NCBI GenBank assembly: GCA_965197475.1
Contig: CBDANF010000003.1
Coordinates: 96,001 to 160,000, forward strand
DNA length: 64,000 nt
Direction of reading: 5' to 3'
From: Candidatus Poribacteria bacterium
GTDB lineage: Bacteria > Poribacteria > WGA-4E > WGA-3G
Positions 39,390 to 49,334 of the stretch are shown one piece after another. Position 1 is the first letter of the stretch. Each line of letters starts with the position of its first letter. The notes beneath the pieces were generated by a model. It was not told the DNA's origin. It made no database searches and worked only from the letters and a program-made list of their open reading frames with translations. The translations under genes were made by a program, and so were the position numbers.

Positions 39390-40811
39390 ATGTTTAAGAA
39401 CAAGACTTTAATTCGTGGCGACAACTTGGAAGCGATGCGGGGTTTTCCGGAGCAATGTGTTGATTTGATTGCGACGGATCCGCCTTTTAACTCCAAGCGT
39501 GACTATTTTGTGCCGTATAAAGATGACGATGAGCATAAACCCGATGTGCTTGTGAAAGCGTTTTCTGATACTTGGAACTGGGGAGAATCCGCTGAGAACG
39601 CATATAACGAACTACTTATTGATGCGGGTGGCAAAGTTGGCGACACATTCAGTTGGTTCGCGTCAATTCCTTGATGATACGCCTATGATGGCATACCTCG
39701 TTATGATGGGCATTCGGATTGTGGAGATGCATCGTATTCTCAAGGATACCGGCAGTCTATACCTACACTGTGATCCAACCGCGAGCCATTATCTCAAAAT
39801 CATATTGGATGCTGTCTTTGGACGGGAAAACTATAGAAATGAGATTGTCTGGTGTTATAGAGGTGGTGGGGTTCCTAAAAACGATTTTGCAAAGAAACAT
39901 GATATTATATTTAGGTATACTAAAAGTGGAAAAGTTACTTTTAACGTAAATAATGTTAGAATTCCATATTCAGAGTCTGTAATGGACTCTTCAGAAAGCC
40001 GCTACGATAAGTCATATCGTAGCAATAAAGTGTATTCAGGATATAAGCCAAATAAATTAGGAAAACATCCTGAAGATTGGTGGACTATACAACCGCTTAT
40101 GCCTTCAGATAAAAAAGAACGTACAGGTTATCCAACACAAAAGCCGATTGCCTTACTTGAACACATAGTCAATGCGTCCTCTAATCCTGATGACTTAGTG
40201 TTAGATCCGTTCTGTGGTTGTGGGACTACGTTAATGGCGGCTCAAAGGCTGAGTCGTCAATGGGTAGGCATAGACCTAACCTATCTTGCTATAGGTGCTG
40301 TGAAGCAGCAGATAGAGAAGTTGTTTCCAAGTATCCGTGATGCCATTATTATCACTGGCACACCTGAGAACGGTTTTCAAGCGTTAGACCTTGCGCGTAG
40401 TGATCCGCAAGGATTTGAGGGGTGGAGTATCACGCATGTGCTACACTTTAGATCTAATGTAAAGAAGGTATCCGATGGCAGTATAGACGGCATGTTACGT
40501 TTTCCGTTGGGACGTATTAAAGTAAAGGCAAGCAAGCGTATGGCAAAGCGGTAGCACAAGTGAAGGGCGGTTGGTATACACTGGGTCATGTCCGTGATTT
40601 TAGGACTGCGATGCAGAATGAAAATGCGGATATAGGTGTCTTTGTTGCGACAACACCACCAACGCGTGAAATGGAGAGAGAAATTGCACGCGCGGGCACC
40701 TATAGTCATCCCAGTTACGAGTTTACAATTCCAAGTTTGCAACATTACCAGATACAGGATTATTTCAGGGCATATTGCCAAAACTGCCTTATGCTGAAAA
40801 GAATATACTGT
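39390..40811 (+). pseudogene. Frameshifted beta-class N6/N4 DNA methyltransferase with C-terminal endonuclease-like domain
   Basis: GDNL, DPPFNS, GYPTQKP, LDPFCGCGT, and DGSIDG..QVKGG. Frameshifts near 39650, 40523 and 40768. Confidence 0.85.
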
Positions 40812-40981
40812 AAAGAAATGCAGGAAAAATTTCCGCATAAAACAAAATATTTAGAATCCCAAAACTACTTATTGCGTATTTTTATACTTTCACTATAATA
40901 TCCGGTGGGTTAAGTGCCTACCGGGTATACAATTACAAAAGTGCGTCTTTTACGCGCACAAGAATCCATAGACATCGCGCA

Positions 40982-42061
40982 TTGGAGATAGTTTCCTTGG
41001 AACTAAAAGAATTACGTGATCAGATCAATCGCATAGATGATCAAATTTTAACCTTTCTCCACAAACGATCAGAGGTTGCCAAGCAGGTCGGTTCCTTGAA
41101 AGCCGACACAGGTAGGGAAATCTACGCCCCTCACCGGGAGATCGAAATCCTTAAGCGGCTAATAACGCAGAATCAGGGTATATATCCTGAAGCTGCGATT
41201 AAAAAAATTTGGACTGAAATTTTTTCGGCTTCCCGCGCTTTGCAAGCACTAAATCGGATCGCCTTCCTCGGTCCATCTGGGAGTTTCGGGCATACAGCCA
41301 GCTTATCACATTTCGGTTCTTCCGCTGAAATGATACCTATCACGCCGCAGATTGATATCTTTACCGAGGTTGAAACAGGGCGTGCCGATTTTGGCGTAGT
41401 AGCTATTGAAAACTCTGTACACGGTACTGTCAGAGACGTTTTAGAACGGTTCCTCCATACACCTTTGAATATTTGTGCTGAAATTTTCCAACCTATCAGA
41501 CACCACCTCATCTCAAAGTCCCAACTCCCTGAGATTCAGCGTATCTACTCACATACACAACCCTTTGCACAATGTAGAATGTGGTTAAATAAGTTTATGA
41601 AACCCGTGGAGCAGGTTGAAGTTGTAAGCACGTCTGAAGCAGCACAACGCGCAGCAGATGAACCAAACGCCGCTGCTATCGCAAGCAAGCTTGCAAGCGA
41701 CATCTATCAAGTGCCGGTAATAGCGGATTCTATCATGGATGAGCCGAATAACACGACCCGTTTTCTTGTTATTGGTGACCAAATAGCTGGCAAAAGCGGC
41801 AATGATTGTACGTCTATCTTTTTTGCAATCAAAGACAAAGTCGGCGCATTGTACGAAATCTTGGGTGTCTTAGAAAACAACGAGCTAAACCTTAGCTATA
41901 TAGAATCACTTCCTTCCCGAACCAAACCGTGGGAATACATCTTTTTTGCCGATATTGATGGACATGTTGACGATGATAACGTTCATTCTGTTCTTGAACA
42001 CCTCAATGATTTATGTCGTGATGTCAAAATCCTCGGTTCTTACCCCCGCGGTGCCAAATAA
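40982..42061 (+). CDS. pheA: Chorismate mutase/prephenate dehydratase (P-protein)
   Basis: LRDQINRIDDQI, FLGP.GSF, IENS, N.TRF and IESLP motifs plus an ACT domain. Confidence 0.95.
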   Translation: MEIVSLELKELRDQINRIDDQILTFLHKRSEVAKQVGSLKADTGREIYAPHREIEILKRLITQNQGIYPEAAIKKIWTEIFSASRALQALNRIAFLGPSGSFGHTASLSHFGSSAEMIPITPQIDIFTEVETGRADFGVVAIENSVHGTVRDVLERFLHTPLNICAEIFQPIRHHLISKSQLPEIQRIYSHTQPFAQCRMWLNKFMKPVEQVEVVSTSEAAQRAADEPNAAAIASKLASDIYQVPVIADSIMDEPNNTTRFLVIGDQIAGKSGNDCTSIFFAIKDKVGALYEILGVLENNELNLSYIESLPSRTKPWEYIFFADIDGHVDDDNVHSVLEHLNDLCRDVKILGSYPRGAK

Positions 42062-42099
42062 CATTCTCTATAGCACAAAGTTTGCACTATCTGAGAAAA

Positions 42100-43254
42100 A
42101 TGGCAAACACATTGACCCAACAAATCCAGAATCGCGCACACGAACTCGGGTTTGAGCTTGTCGGTATTACCTCCGCTGAACAGAGTCAAACTATTGAACG
42201 CTACCGGCAATGGATTGAAAGCGGATATGCCGGTAAGATGGGTTACCTTGAAAGACACCTACCGCTTAAGGAAGATACCCGAAGACTCCTTAAAGAAGCC
42301 AAATCTGTTATCAGTCTCGCGATGAACTATTATACGTTAGATACACCTAAAGTTCTCGCGGAGGATCCTGGTCGTGGGCAAATATCTCGATACGCGTGGG
42401 GTGATGACTATCACGATGTCATTCGTGAACGTCTTTTACTGCTCGTTGAATTTATCAAAAACAGAGCTGAAACCGAACTCAAAAGTCGCGTTTTTGTGGA
42501 TTCCGGTCCGATTCTGGAAAGGGAATACGCCGAAAAAGCCAAACTCGGTTGGATAGGAAAAAACACCAATCTGATTAACTGGCGTTCAGGATCATGGTAT
42601 TTTCTCGCAGAAGTACTTGTGAGCATTGAATTGGAATCCGAATCCGAATCCGAACCTCTTCGCGGCAGTTGCGGCACCTGCACAAAGTGTATTGAGGCGT
42701 GCCCGACAGACGCATTTATTGAACCGAATTTGCTTGATTCAAGGTTATGCATCTCTTATTTAACAATTGAATTGAAGGACGGCATTCCAAAGGAACTCCG
42801 CCCCCAAATCGGAAACTTGATTTTCGGTTGCGACATCTGCCAAGAAGTCTGTCCTTGGAACAGCAAAGCGATACCTACAACTGAACCTGCATTCCAACCA
42901 CGCGATGGAAACCTTGCTCCTGAATTGCTAACACTCGTCGGCATGACACAAGCTGAGTTCAACAAAAGGTTTAAGGGGAGTCCTATCAAACGTGCCAAGC
43001 GGAGAGGTTTTCTTCGAAATGTTATTGTTGCCATCGGCAATTGGCAGTCACGCGCTGCTGTGCCAGCTCTTAAAAAAACTTTGACTGATGATGAACCCTT
43101 AATTCGTGGACATTCTGCGTGGGCATTAGGGCAAATCGGTGGGAAAACTGCTGAACAGGCTTTGAATACCCGATTAACATGTGAAACTGATTCTGAGGTC
43201 ATTTCAGAAATACAGGATGCGCTACAAGTCATAACTGATAACGACACACAATGA
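42100..43254 (+). CDS. queG: tRNA epoxyqueuosine(34) reductase
   Basis: SRYAWG.DYH, VDSGP, CGTCTKCIEACPT, CISY.TIE and GCDICQEVCPWN motifs plus a HEAT-like tail. Confidence 0.95.
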   Translation: MANTLTQQIQNRAHELGFELVGITSAEQSQTIERYRQWIESGYAGKMGYLERHLPLKEDTRRLLKEAKSVISLAMNYYTLDTPKVLAEDPGRGQISRYAWGDDYHDVIRERLLLLVEFIKNRAETELKSRVFVDSGPILEREYAEKAKLGWIGKNTNLINWRSGSWYFLAEVLVSIELESESESEPLRGSCGTCTKCIEACPTDAFIEPNLLDSRLCISYLTIELKDGIPKELRPQIGNLIFGCDICQEVCPWNSKAIPTTEPAFQPRDGNLAPELLTLVGMTQAEFNKRFKGSPIKRAKRRGFLRNVIVAIGNWQSRAAVPALKKTLTDDEPLIRGHSAWALGQIGGKTAEQALNTRLTCETDSEVISEIQDALQVITDNDTQ

Positions 43255-43295
43255 AAACAATGTATACATTTGTTTGTACTTCACAATAACTAAAC

Positions 43296-44330
43296 CTATA
43301 CCCGCATCGCATTTTCGGAAATCCTTCCACTATCAAACCTGCCGCCAGTTTGCTCCAAATAGAGATGTGTTGTCAAAATTGCCCAGATGGGTGTAAAAAA
43401 AGCATGGATGAGAGTCTTGATAACAAGAATTACGCCTATTGTCCAAAAACTGGGTGTACCCCATAACGCCATCTTGATATTTCCAAAATTTATCTTTACA
43501 CTGTTATAGTTTATCCATGCATCAATACCGAAAAAGAGATGGAAAAATCGTCCAGACAGCAAACTTTCTCGGATTGGCACGAATTCAGGTTCTACAGTAG
43601 AAAGCAGTATCAACGATAGAGCAAATAACACACTAAGAAATACTGTGGATACCCATACAAGCAATAGATACCTTATAAAAAAGCCCCACCATCTGCCTCG
43701 AACAAGTTCACTACTTCGGCGAAACGCCTGAAGTGCCGATAGGTTTTCAATGATAATGCCTTGATTGAAAAGACTCCACCGCACCATAAAGTAAGATACG
43801 GTAAAAATGAAAACGAGTCCCATTACAAAAAATAGAGGAAAAGAATTAGTTGGCAATACAAACAATAAAGATAGAAGGAGAAAACAAATCGCTATGCATA
43901 GAAACAACACCAACAATAAGAAAGATGCACCAAAAATAGAACCAATTCTACGAAGCGTCCGTTGCCAAACACTTTGTACAGAAACATTCATATCACGGCA
44001 GAATTGGAATGTTGTAAGGACAAGCGGACACATTGTAAACCAAAGAAAAAATAAAATGAAGGACGAAAATGTAAAAGTGAATCTCCAATTCTGTATCGAT
44101 TCATAAGCAGTAGTCACAGAGAAACCTTCTGATGTACTAACAACCCATGAAGTGTTTGGAAAATTGTGGTAAAAACCGTTTAGCATCATAATATCACATA
44201 ATAAACTGATTAAGATAAGTGGCATCATCACTCGCCAAAATAGCCCTAAATGTTTTTGATATAACCTGAAAACACTGCTAAAAAGTTCAACAATTCCCAC
44301 AACGCACCTGTTTTCTATTAAACCAGTCAT
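43296..44330 (-). CDS. Multi-pass membrane protein (paralog of 56867-57991)
   Basis: LFWRVMMP, IIENLSA..AFRRSSELVRG and PIWAILTTHLYLE are shared with 56867-57991. Confidence 0.8.
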   Translation of the reverse strand: MTGLIENRCVVGIVELFSSVFRLYQKHLGLFWRVMMPLILISLLCDIMMLNGFYHNFPNTSWVVSTSEGFSVTTAYESIQNWRFTFTFSSFILFFLWFTMCPLVLTTFQFCRDMNVSVQSVWQRTLRRIGSIFGASFLLLVLFLCIAICFLLLSLLFVLPTNSFPLFFVMGLVFIFTVSYFMVRWSLFNQGIIIENLSALQAFRRSSELVRGRWWGFFIRYLLLVWVSTVFLSVLFALSLILLSTVEPEFVPIRESLLSGRFFHLFFGIDAWINYNSVKINFGNIKMALWGTPSFWTIGVILVIKTLIHAFFTPIWAILTTHLYLEQTGGRFDSGRISENAMRV

Positions 44331-44332
44331 TT

Positions 44333-44383
44333 CTATCCTCCAGGGCGTTCTGCCATCATCTCAATGTCAAATCCCTCTTTCCG
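44333..44383 (-). pseudogene. 17-codon C-terminal remnant of a paralog of 58032-58910
   Basis: Reads RKEGFDIEMMAERPGG* versus RKEAYDIEMQVTN* at the end of 58032-58910. Confidence 0.6.
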
Positions 44384-44433
44384 ACCTATCAATTGTCACA
44401 GCAAAGATTGAAAACTGGATGAACATCAACCGC

Positions 44434-45201
44434 TTATGATGTCTCTGATGTCTTTAGCGCGTAGACTTCCTCTAAAAATTTATCGTAACGGATAGCTCCA
44501 TCGCCTCCCATCTTTTCGGCAATGGGGCTGCCGATGGTTCGTGCAAGTTCAATACGGCGTACAAAGGAAAGTGTAGGGCATCGGGAAAGATATTCACGTA
44601 TCATACCTAACTCAGACTCTGTTACCAAGTCAGGTTGTATCCAGTCTGCATAGAGAAATTCCTGCGGTGAAATGTTGATAGGTTGAACAGATATTTTTGA
44701 ATTAACACCATTAAATTCTCGTTTTTTCCGAGATGTCTTAACCACAAGCGTCCCCGCAGCCAAGTCACCTAACCGTTGCCAATTCTTATTTATCAGCATA
44801 ACAAACAGACCTGCCCCATAGCAGAACGGGAGAAAATCAACCACCCGCACTAAATTTCGGATAGCCGAATCCGCGAAACTAATCGGGTATCCCCCTTCTT
44901 TAATGACGCGTAATCCGAGTGCCAACTTTCCAGGTGACTGACCATTCGTTGTAATCTCAAATACCATATAGTAACCCCATAAGATGGCGAAGATGACAAT
45001 ACCTCCAACCGCACCAAGCCATTTTCCAAGAATATCTCCAAGTTGTGTAATAAATTTGGTATTGACGTAAGTTCCGACAAATATAATGAGAACGAGTAAT
45101 AAAGTGTCAAGCAGTGCCGCATAGAAACGCGAACCGATACCTGCTTTTTGAAAATTAATATCAATCTGTTCCGGTGTTTCTATTGATAACTGTTCATTCA
45201 T
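44434..45201 (-). CDS. RDD family protein
   Basis: TPE...AGIGSRFYAALLD, GQSPGK..LGLRV, IRNL.R.VD and QRLGDLAAGT motifs. Confidence 0.92.
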   Translation of the reverse strand: MNEQLSIETPEQIDINFQKAGIGSRFYAALLDTLLLVLIIFVGTYVNTKFITQLGDILGKWLGAVGGIVIFAILWGYYMVFEITTNGQSPGKLALGLRVIKEGGYPISFADSAIRNLVRVVDFLPFCYGAGLFVMLINKNWQRLGDLAAGTLVVKTSRKKREFNGVNSKISVQPINISPQEFLYADWIQPDLVTESELGMIREYLSRCPTLSFVRRIELARTIGSPIAEKMGGDGAIRYDKFLEEVYALKTSETS

Positions 45202-45382
45202 AGTTTAATATTTGTTTTGTATTGCTGAATATTGTAGGATTTTTTTGGCACGTTCAATAAGCGTTTAGTGCCCATACTCCAATTTCTCAATTGAAACCTA
45301 CATTCAATAACTATATTTTGGTTGAGGCGCACGACGATTTCGTGGTATATTAAAGTGAGTACTTTGCATTTGGAATTTATTT

Positions 45383-46207
45383 TTATTCCCATCGTGCCCA
45401 TGCATTCGGAGTGGTATAACCTTCGTCAACATAAGGATCATCACCTGAAACGATAACGACACCGCGATAATTACGCTGTCCCTTCCATCCAAGCCAAGAC
45501 GCTGTTGAGCAATAGTGGCTTACGAGAACGCGGCGATAGGTATTGCTCCGATTCTTTTTGGAACGATGCAAAAGGTAACCATTGAAAAACAAGACACTTC
45601 CTGCTTTCATTTCAATCGGAATTTCTTCGGAGTCGTCAAAACCGATAGCTTCGTGGCAGCTATCAAACTCGTCGCGTTTATTATGAGGATGTCGATCATA
45701 AATTACACCAGAACGATGACTGTTGGGTAGAACCCAGATACATCCATTGTCAACAGTAGCATCATCCAACGGAATCCAAGCCCCAACGAGCGAGCGATCA
45801 CGCGTCGGAATCGGATGTTCGTCTTGGTGCCAAGGATTTCCAGTGTGTCCTGGAACCTTACCCAACATCATTGACTGCATACACTTAACACCACCATCCC
45901 AAAATGGAATATGGGCACCGACGATTTCTCGGAGGATTGCACAGATTTTTGGATGTTCAACGTAACAGCGGATGAGTGGACTAAAGGTGTGCGGTTCACC
46001 GACACACATTATCCGATCTAAAATCTCAGTTTCAGTCGCATTTTCTGGTATAGATGGAATTGCTGCACACTCATAATCGCCCCGAAAGATTTTCAACATT
46101 TCTGATTTTAACGCTTCACATTCTTGCGGTGCAACGAGGTCTGGAACCAATAGATACCCATCGTTGATATATCTTTCTGCCCAACTTTCAGGAGATTGAT
46201 GCGCCAT
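45383..46207 (-). CDS. Phytanoyl-CoA dioxygenase (PhyH) family protein
   Basis: PWHQD, WIPLDDAT..NGC...PNSH and LLHRS..N motifs. Confidence 0.9.
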   Translation of the reverse strand: MAHQSPESWAERYINDGYLLVPDLVAPQECEALKSEMLKIFRGDYECAAIPSIPENATETEILDRIMCVGEPHTFSPLIRCYVEHPKICAILREIVGAHIPFWDGGVKCMQSMMLGKVPGHTGNPWHQDEHPIPTRDRSLVGAWIPLDDATVDNGCIWVLPNSHRSGVIYDRHPHNKRDEFDSCHEAIGFDDSEEIPIEMKAGSVLFFNGYLLHRSKKNRSNTYRRVLVSHYCSTASWLGWKGQRNYRGVVIVSGDDPYVDEGYTTPNAWARWE

Positions 46208-46368
46208 TTACGTGAGCACTCCTTTCATTATTTTAACATGCTTACTCATGATACCATATCTTGAAAGACATGTCATTTCAAATTCGGTGATAAGGTGTGT
46301 CAAGACTAACTTGACATTTGTATGCGCGTGTGCTATTCTGTACTACACTGCACACAGGAGGTATTGAA

Positions 46369-46626
46369 ATGTCCGATCAAGATTTCCGAGAAAGAGTTCT
46401 TGAATCTTTGTCACGACTTGAGACACAAGCAAGAGAAAACAACGCACGTGTGGAGCAACGTCTCGATTCTTTGGATACCCGCGTCGGCACTTTGGAACGC
46501 GATGTCGGGTGGATAAAGGGGAAATTAGAAGGTAGTCAAGAAGGCAGCAGCAAAGTGTTGACTGTCCTCACTGTGTGTACTGCTGTCGGTGCAGCGATTA
46601 TTGCCCTTATTGCTCTGTTAACTTAA
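46369..46626 (+). CDS. Small coiled-coil protein with C-terminal TM helix (XhlA/CCDC90-like architecture)
   Basis: AGGAGG RBS before ATG 46369, heptad pattern and hydrophobic tail. Confidence 0.7.
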   Translation: MSDQDFRERVLESLSRLETQARENNARVEQRLDSLDTRVGTLERDVGWIKGKLEGSQEGSSKVLTVLTVCTAVGAAIIALIALLT

Positions 46627-46634
46627 GAGCACAT

Positions 46635-46705
46635 CGTAGGTTGGGTTGAGCTTGCGAAACCCAACAAAAATCAGCGCAATCTGCGAAATCCGAGATTCAG
46701 ACAAA
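46635..46705 (+). repeat. GTAG-REP plus 9-mer/TTCAGACAA composite, left copy
   Basis: Inverted partner at 50042-50148, with 37/38 identity over the REP part. Confidence 0.85.
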
Positions 46706-46803
46706 CTCACGACATCTCCATAATCCTGGAAATCCGATAATCCTGAAATCCTGGTTCAGACAATTCCCTTGACTCACACCCAAAAACCTGCTAACATTTC
46801 CCC

Positions 46804-47520
46804 ATGCCGAAACTCAACCTAAAACCGACCCACAAACCGATCCGAGGCTACTACGCCACATTGCAACAATACCATCAGCACGATGTAACGCATGAAGGCG
46901 CAGTAAGTGCCCCTTTTGAAACGCTGCTCAACACCTGCGCCAGACAAGTGGGCGCAACGCTTATCCCACAATACGCCATGCACACCGCAACAGGTGACCG
47001 TATCGTGATTGACGGTGCCGTCTTAAACGAATACGGAATTCCCATCGGCTATTGGGAAGCGAAAGATATTGATGACGACCTTGACATAGCGGTGCAGCAA
47101 AAACGCGAAGCAGGCTATCCGCTTGACAATATCCTGTTTCAAACACCGGAACGCGGCATCTTGATTCAGAACGGACAGGTAGCACTGGACCTGGATATCT
47201 CTGACTCAGCACACCTTGTTGAGTCTCTCAAATATCTATTTGCATACACAGCACCCGCACTTGACAATTGGCAAACCGCGGTTACCGACTTCAGAGCGCA
47301 TGTCCCCGACCTCGCAAATAAACTTATGGAACTCATTGAGCAGCGGTATGAGATGGACCCAGCGTTCAAAAAAGCGTTTGCTGACTTCTACGAAATCTGC
47401 CGTACTTCCATAAACCCCGACCTCTCACGCCCCGCTGTTGAGGAGATGCTTATCCAACACATTCTCACCGAACGTATCTTTCGTACCATTTTTGAACGTT
47501 CCGATTTTGCGAGGCGGAAC
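46804..47520 (+). pseudogene. N-terminal fragment of a Type ISP/IIG-like restriction-modification enzyme
   Basis: HEGAV..PF..LL, IDG...GYWEAKD nuclease motif and EMLIQHILTERIF. Family-like sequence stops at about 47520, where AT-rich DNA begins. Confidence 0.75.
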
Positions 47521-47647
47521 AATATGCAGTGGAAAAAAGTTGTAACTATTTTTGGTAGATATAGTATAATATATGAATATGAATAGAGATAACTGAAAAG
47601 AAATTATAGTTGCCATAAGATGTTAGATTATCAATTGGAGGTGGCTT

Positions 47648-48565
47648 GTGTCAACACAAAAGGGCAATTTTAAAAGCATAGATCTTAACAAAGAAAGAAA
47701 AGTTAAGAATCGCAAACAAAAAGAAGCAGAACGTGGGAAGCATTATTACGCGAATGCCAACGACTTTAATAAAAAAAGTAATCCGTTGCCTGCCGAGTTT
47801 ACTAATAAAATTATCTGTGGTGACTCACAGGTCGTCCTCAAGCAGCTACCAGACAATTGTATTGATCTTATCTTTACTTCCCCACCCTACAACTTTGGAT
47901 TGGATTACGAGCAAACCGAAGATGCATTTGCGTGGGATTCCTACTTCAAGTTATTGTTCAGCATTTTTGACGAATGTATCAGAGTCCTAAAATATGGGGG
48001 TCGCATCATCGTTAACATTCAACCATTATATTCAGACTATATCCCAACACATCATCTTATTTCACAGTACTTCATGCGTAAAAAACTGATATGGAAAGGT
48101 GAAATTTTGTGGGAAAAAAATCATTACAATTGCAAGTATACTGCTTGGGGAAGTTGGAAAAGTCCATCAAGTCCCTATTTAAAATATTCATGGGAATATT
48201 TGGAAATCTTTTGCAAAGGGTCTTTGAAAAAATCGGGTGATCCGAAAAATGCAGATATTGACGCTGATTCTTTCAAAGAGTGGGTATATGGAAAATGGAC
48301 GATAGCACCTGAGCATAAGATGAAACAGTTTGGACATCCTGCCATGTTTCCTGAGGAATTAGCAAACCGAGTGCTGAAACTTTTCAGTTTCAAAGGGGAT
48401 GTCATTTTAGATCCCTTTGTAGGTGTTGGAACAACTTGTCTTTCGGCACTAATGAATCAGCGTCATTATTTGGGTATAGACATTTCACCCGAATACTGCC
48501 AAACTGCAGAGGATAGGCTACGAATCTTGATTAGTGCCCCTACATCTACAAAGTCTTGTTTGTAG
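47648..48565 (+). CDS. Beta-class DNA methyltransferase (SPPY, probably N4-cytosine)
   Basis: CGDS, FTSPPYN, HPAMFPEEL and LDPFVGVGTT motifs. Confidence 0.92.
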   Translation: MSTQKGNFKSIDLNKERKVKNRKQKEAERGKHYYANANDFNKKSNPLPAEFTNKIICGDSQVVLKQLPDNCIDLIFTSPPYNFGLDYEQTEDAFAWDSYFKLLFSIFDECIRVLKYGGRIIVNIQPLYSDYIPTHHLISQYFMRKKLIWKGEILWEKNHYNCKYTAWGSWKSPSSPYLKYSWEYLEIFCKGSLKKSGDPKNADIDADSFKEWVYGKWTIAPEHKMKQFGHPAMFPEELANRVLKLFSFKGDVILDPFVGVGTTCLSALMNQRHYLGIDISPEYCQTAEDRLRILISAPTSTKSCL

Positions 48566-49320
48566 ATAAGAACATTCAGATGAACATCCAAATGAAACTT
48601 TTTGAAACAGACAATAATTTAGAATACGGGTCAGTTGACAATTTGGATTATGAGTCAATTGTAGATATGTATACAGATAGTATACATTCAATGTACACTA
48701 TGACTGCAGGACAAATTCGAGGGGCAAAGGGTGATCTTGTAGAAAATATAGTTGATGTTATTGTCAAATTGGCATGGCATGAAATAGGCGGTGAGGAGGA
48801 TCGATTAGATATAAAAAAACATACAGGAAGAATTTCTATTGATGAAGATTATGTAGAAGCCCTAACGCCTGAATATGTTAGAGATCACATTGAACAAAAT
48901 AAGGGTAAATATATTTGTAAAGTTGAACTTGATAGAGCGGTTGAGATAGACAATAAGATAATTTTAGGTATAGAATGTAAGTCGTATATAGAAAATGCAA
49001 TGTTCAAAAGAACTTTAAAAGACTTTGAATTGATCGTGAAACTGCTTTATCCAGATTTGCTTTTTTGTGTGTTTCAATTTGAAAATAGTTTGGGAGGGGA
49101 CTACGGAAAAGTAAGTGAACAAAAACAATTAGGAAGTGAATCAACACATACGTTACTTTCTCACACACCAGCGGTAGATTTAGAAATCATAACTCTTCTT
49201 GATGGTGATAGAAAATCGGATAGACCAATACATAAACGGGAATATTTCAAGGAACTTCCAGTGGAAAATATAGAAATTTGTGTAAATAAATTTAAGAATA
49301 TACTTAAACCTTTTGTTTAG
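48556..49320 (+). CDS. Type II restriction endonuclease, DdeI-like
   Basis: Overlaps the MTase stop codon. PD-(D/E)xK core LD...GIECKSY.ENAM.KR, plus LGGDY and TLLDG.RK.DRPI, matching my recollection of R.DdeI. Confidence 0.75.
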   Translation: MFVDKNIQMNIQMKLFETDNNLEYGSVDNLDYESIVDMYTDSIHSMYTMTAGQIRGAKGDLVENIVDVIVKLAWHEIGGEEDRLDIKKHTGRISIDEDYVEALTPEYVRDHIEQNKGKYICKVELDRAVEIDNKIILGIECKSYIENAMFKRTLKDFELIVKLLYPDLLFCVFQFENSLGGDYGKVSEQKQLGSESTHTLLSHTPAVDLEIITLLDGDRKSDRPIHKREYFKELPVENIEICVNKFKNILKPFV

Positions 49321-49334
49321 CTGTAAACGCATAG

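Noticed and set aside
37251-40845. Duplicated segment as a DGR template/variable repeat pair
   Set aside because: Too long, the differences are not adenine-specific and include indels, and there is no reverse transcriptase in the window.
42634-42654. GAATCC x3 in queG (ESESES) and a 21-bp duplication in GT4 (63326-63362)
   Set aside because: Short in-frame slippage duplications in probable loops, with no evidence of function.
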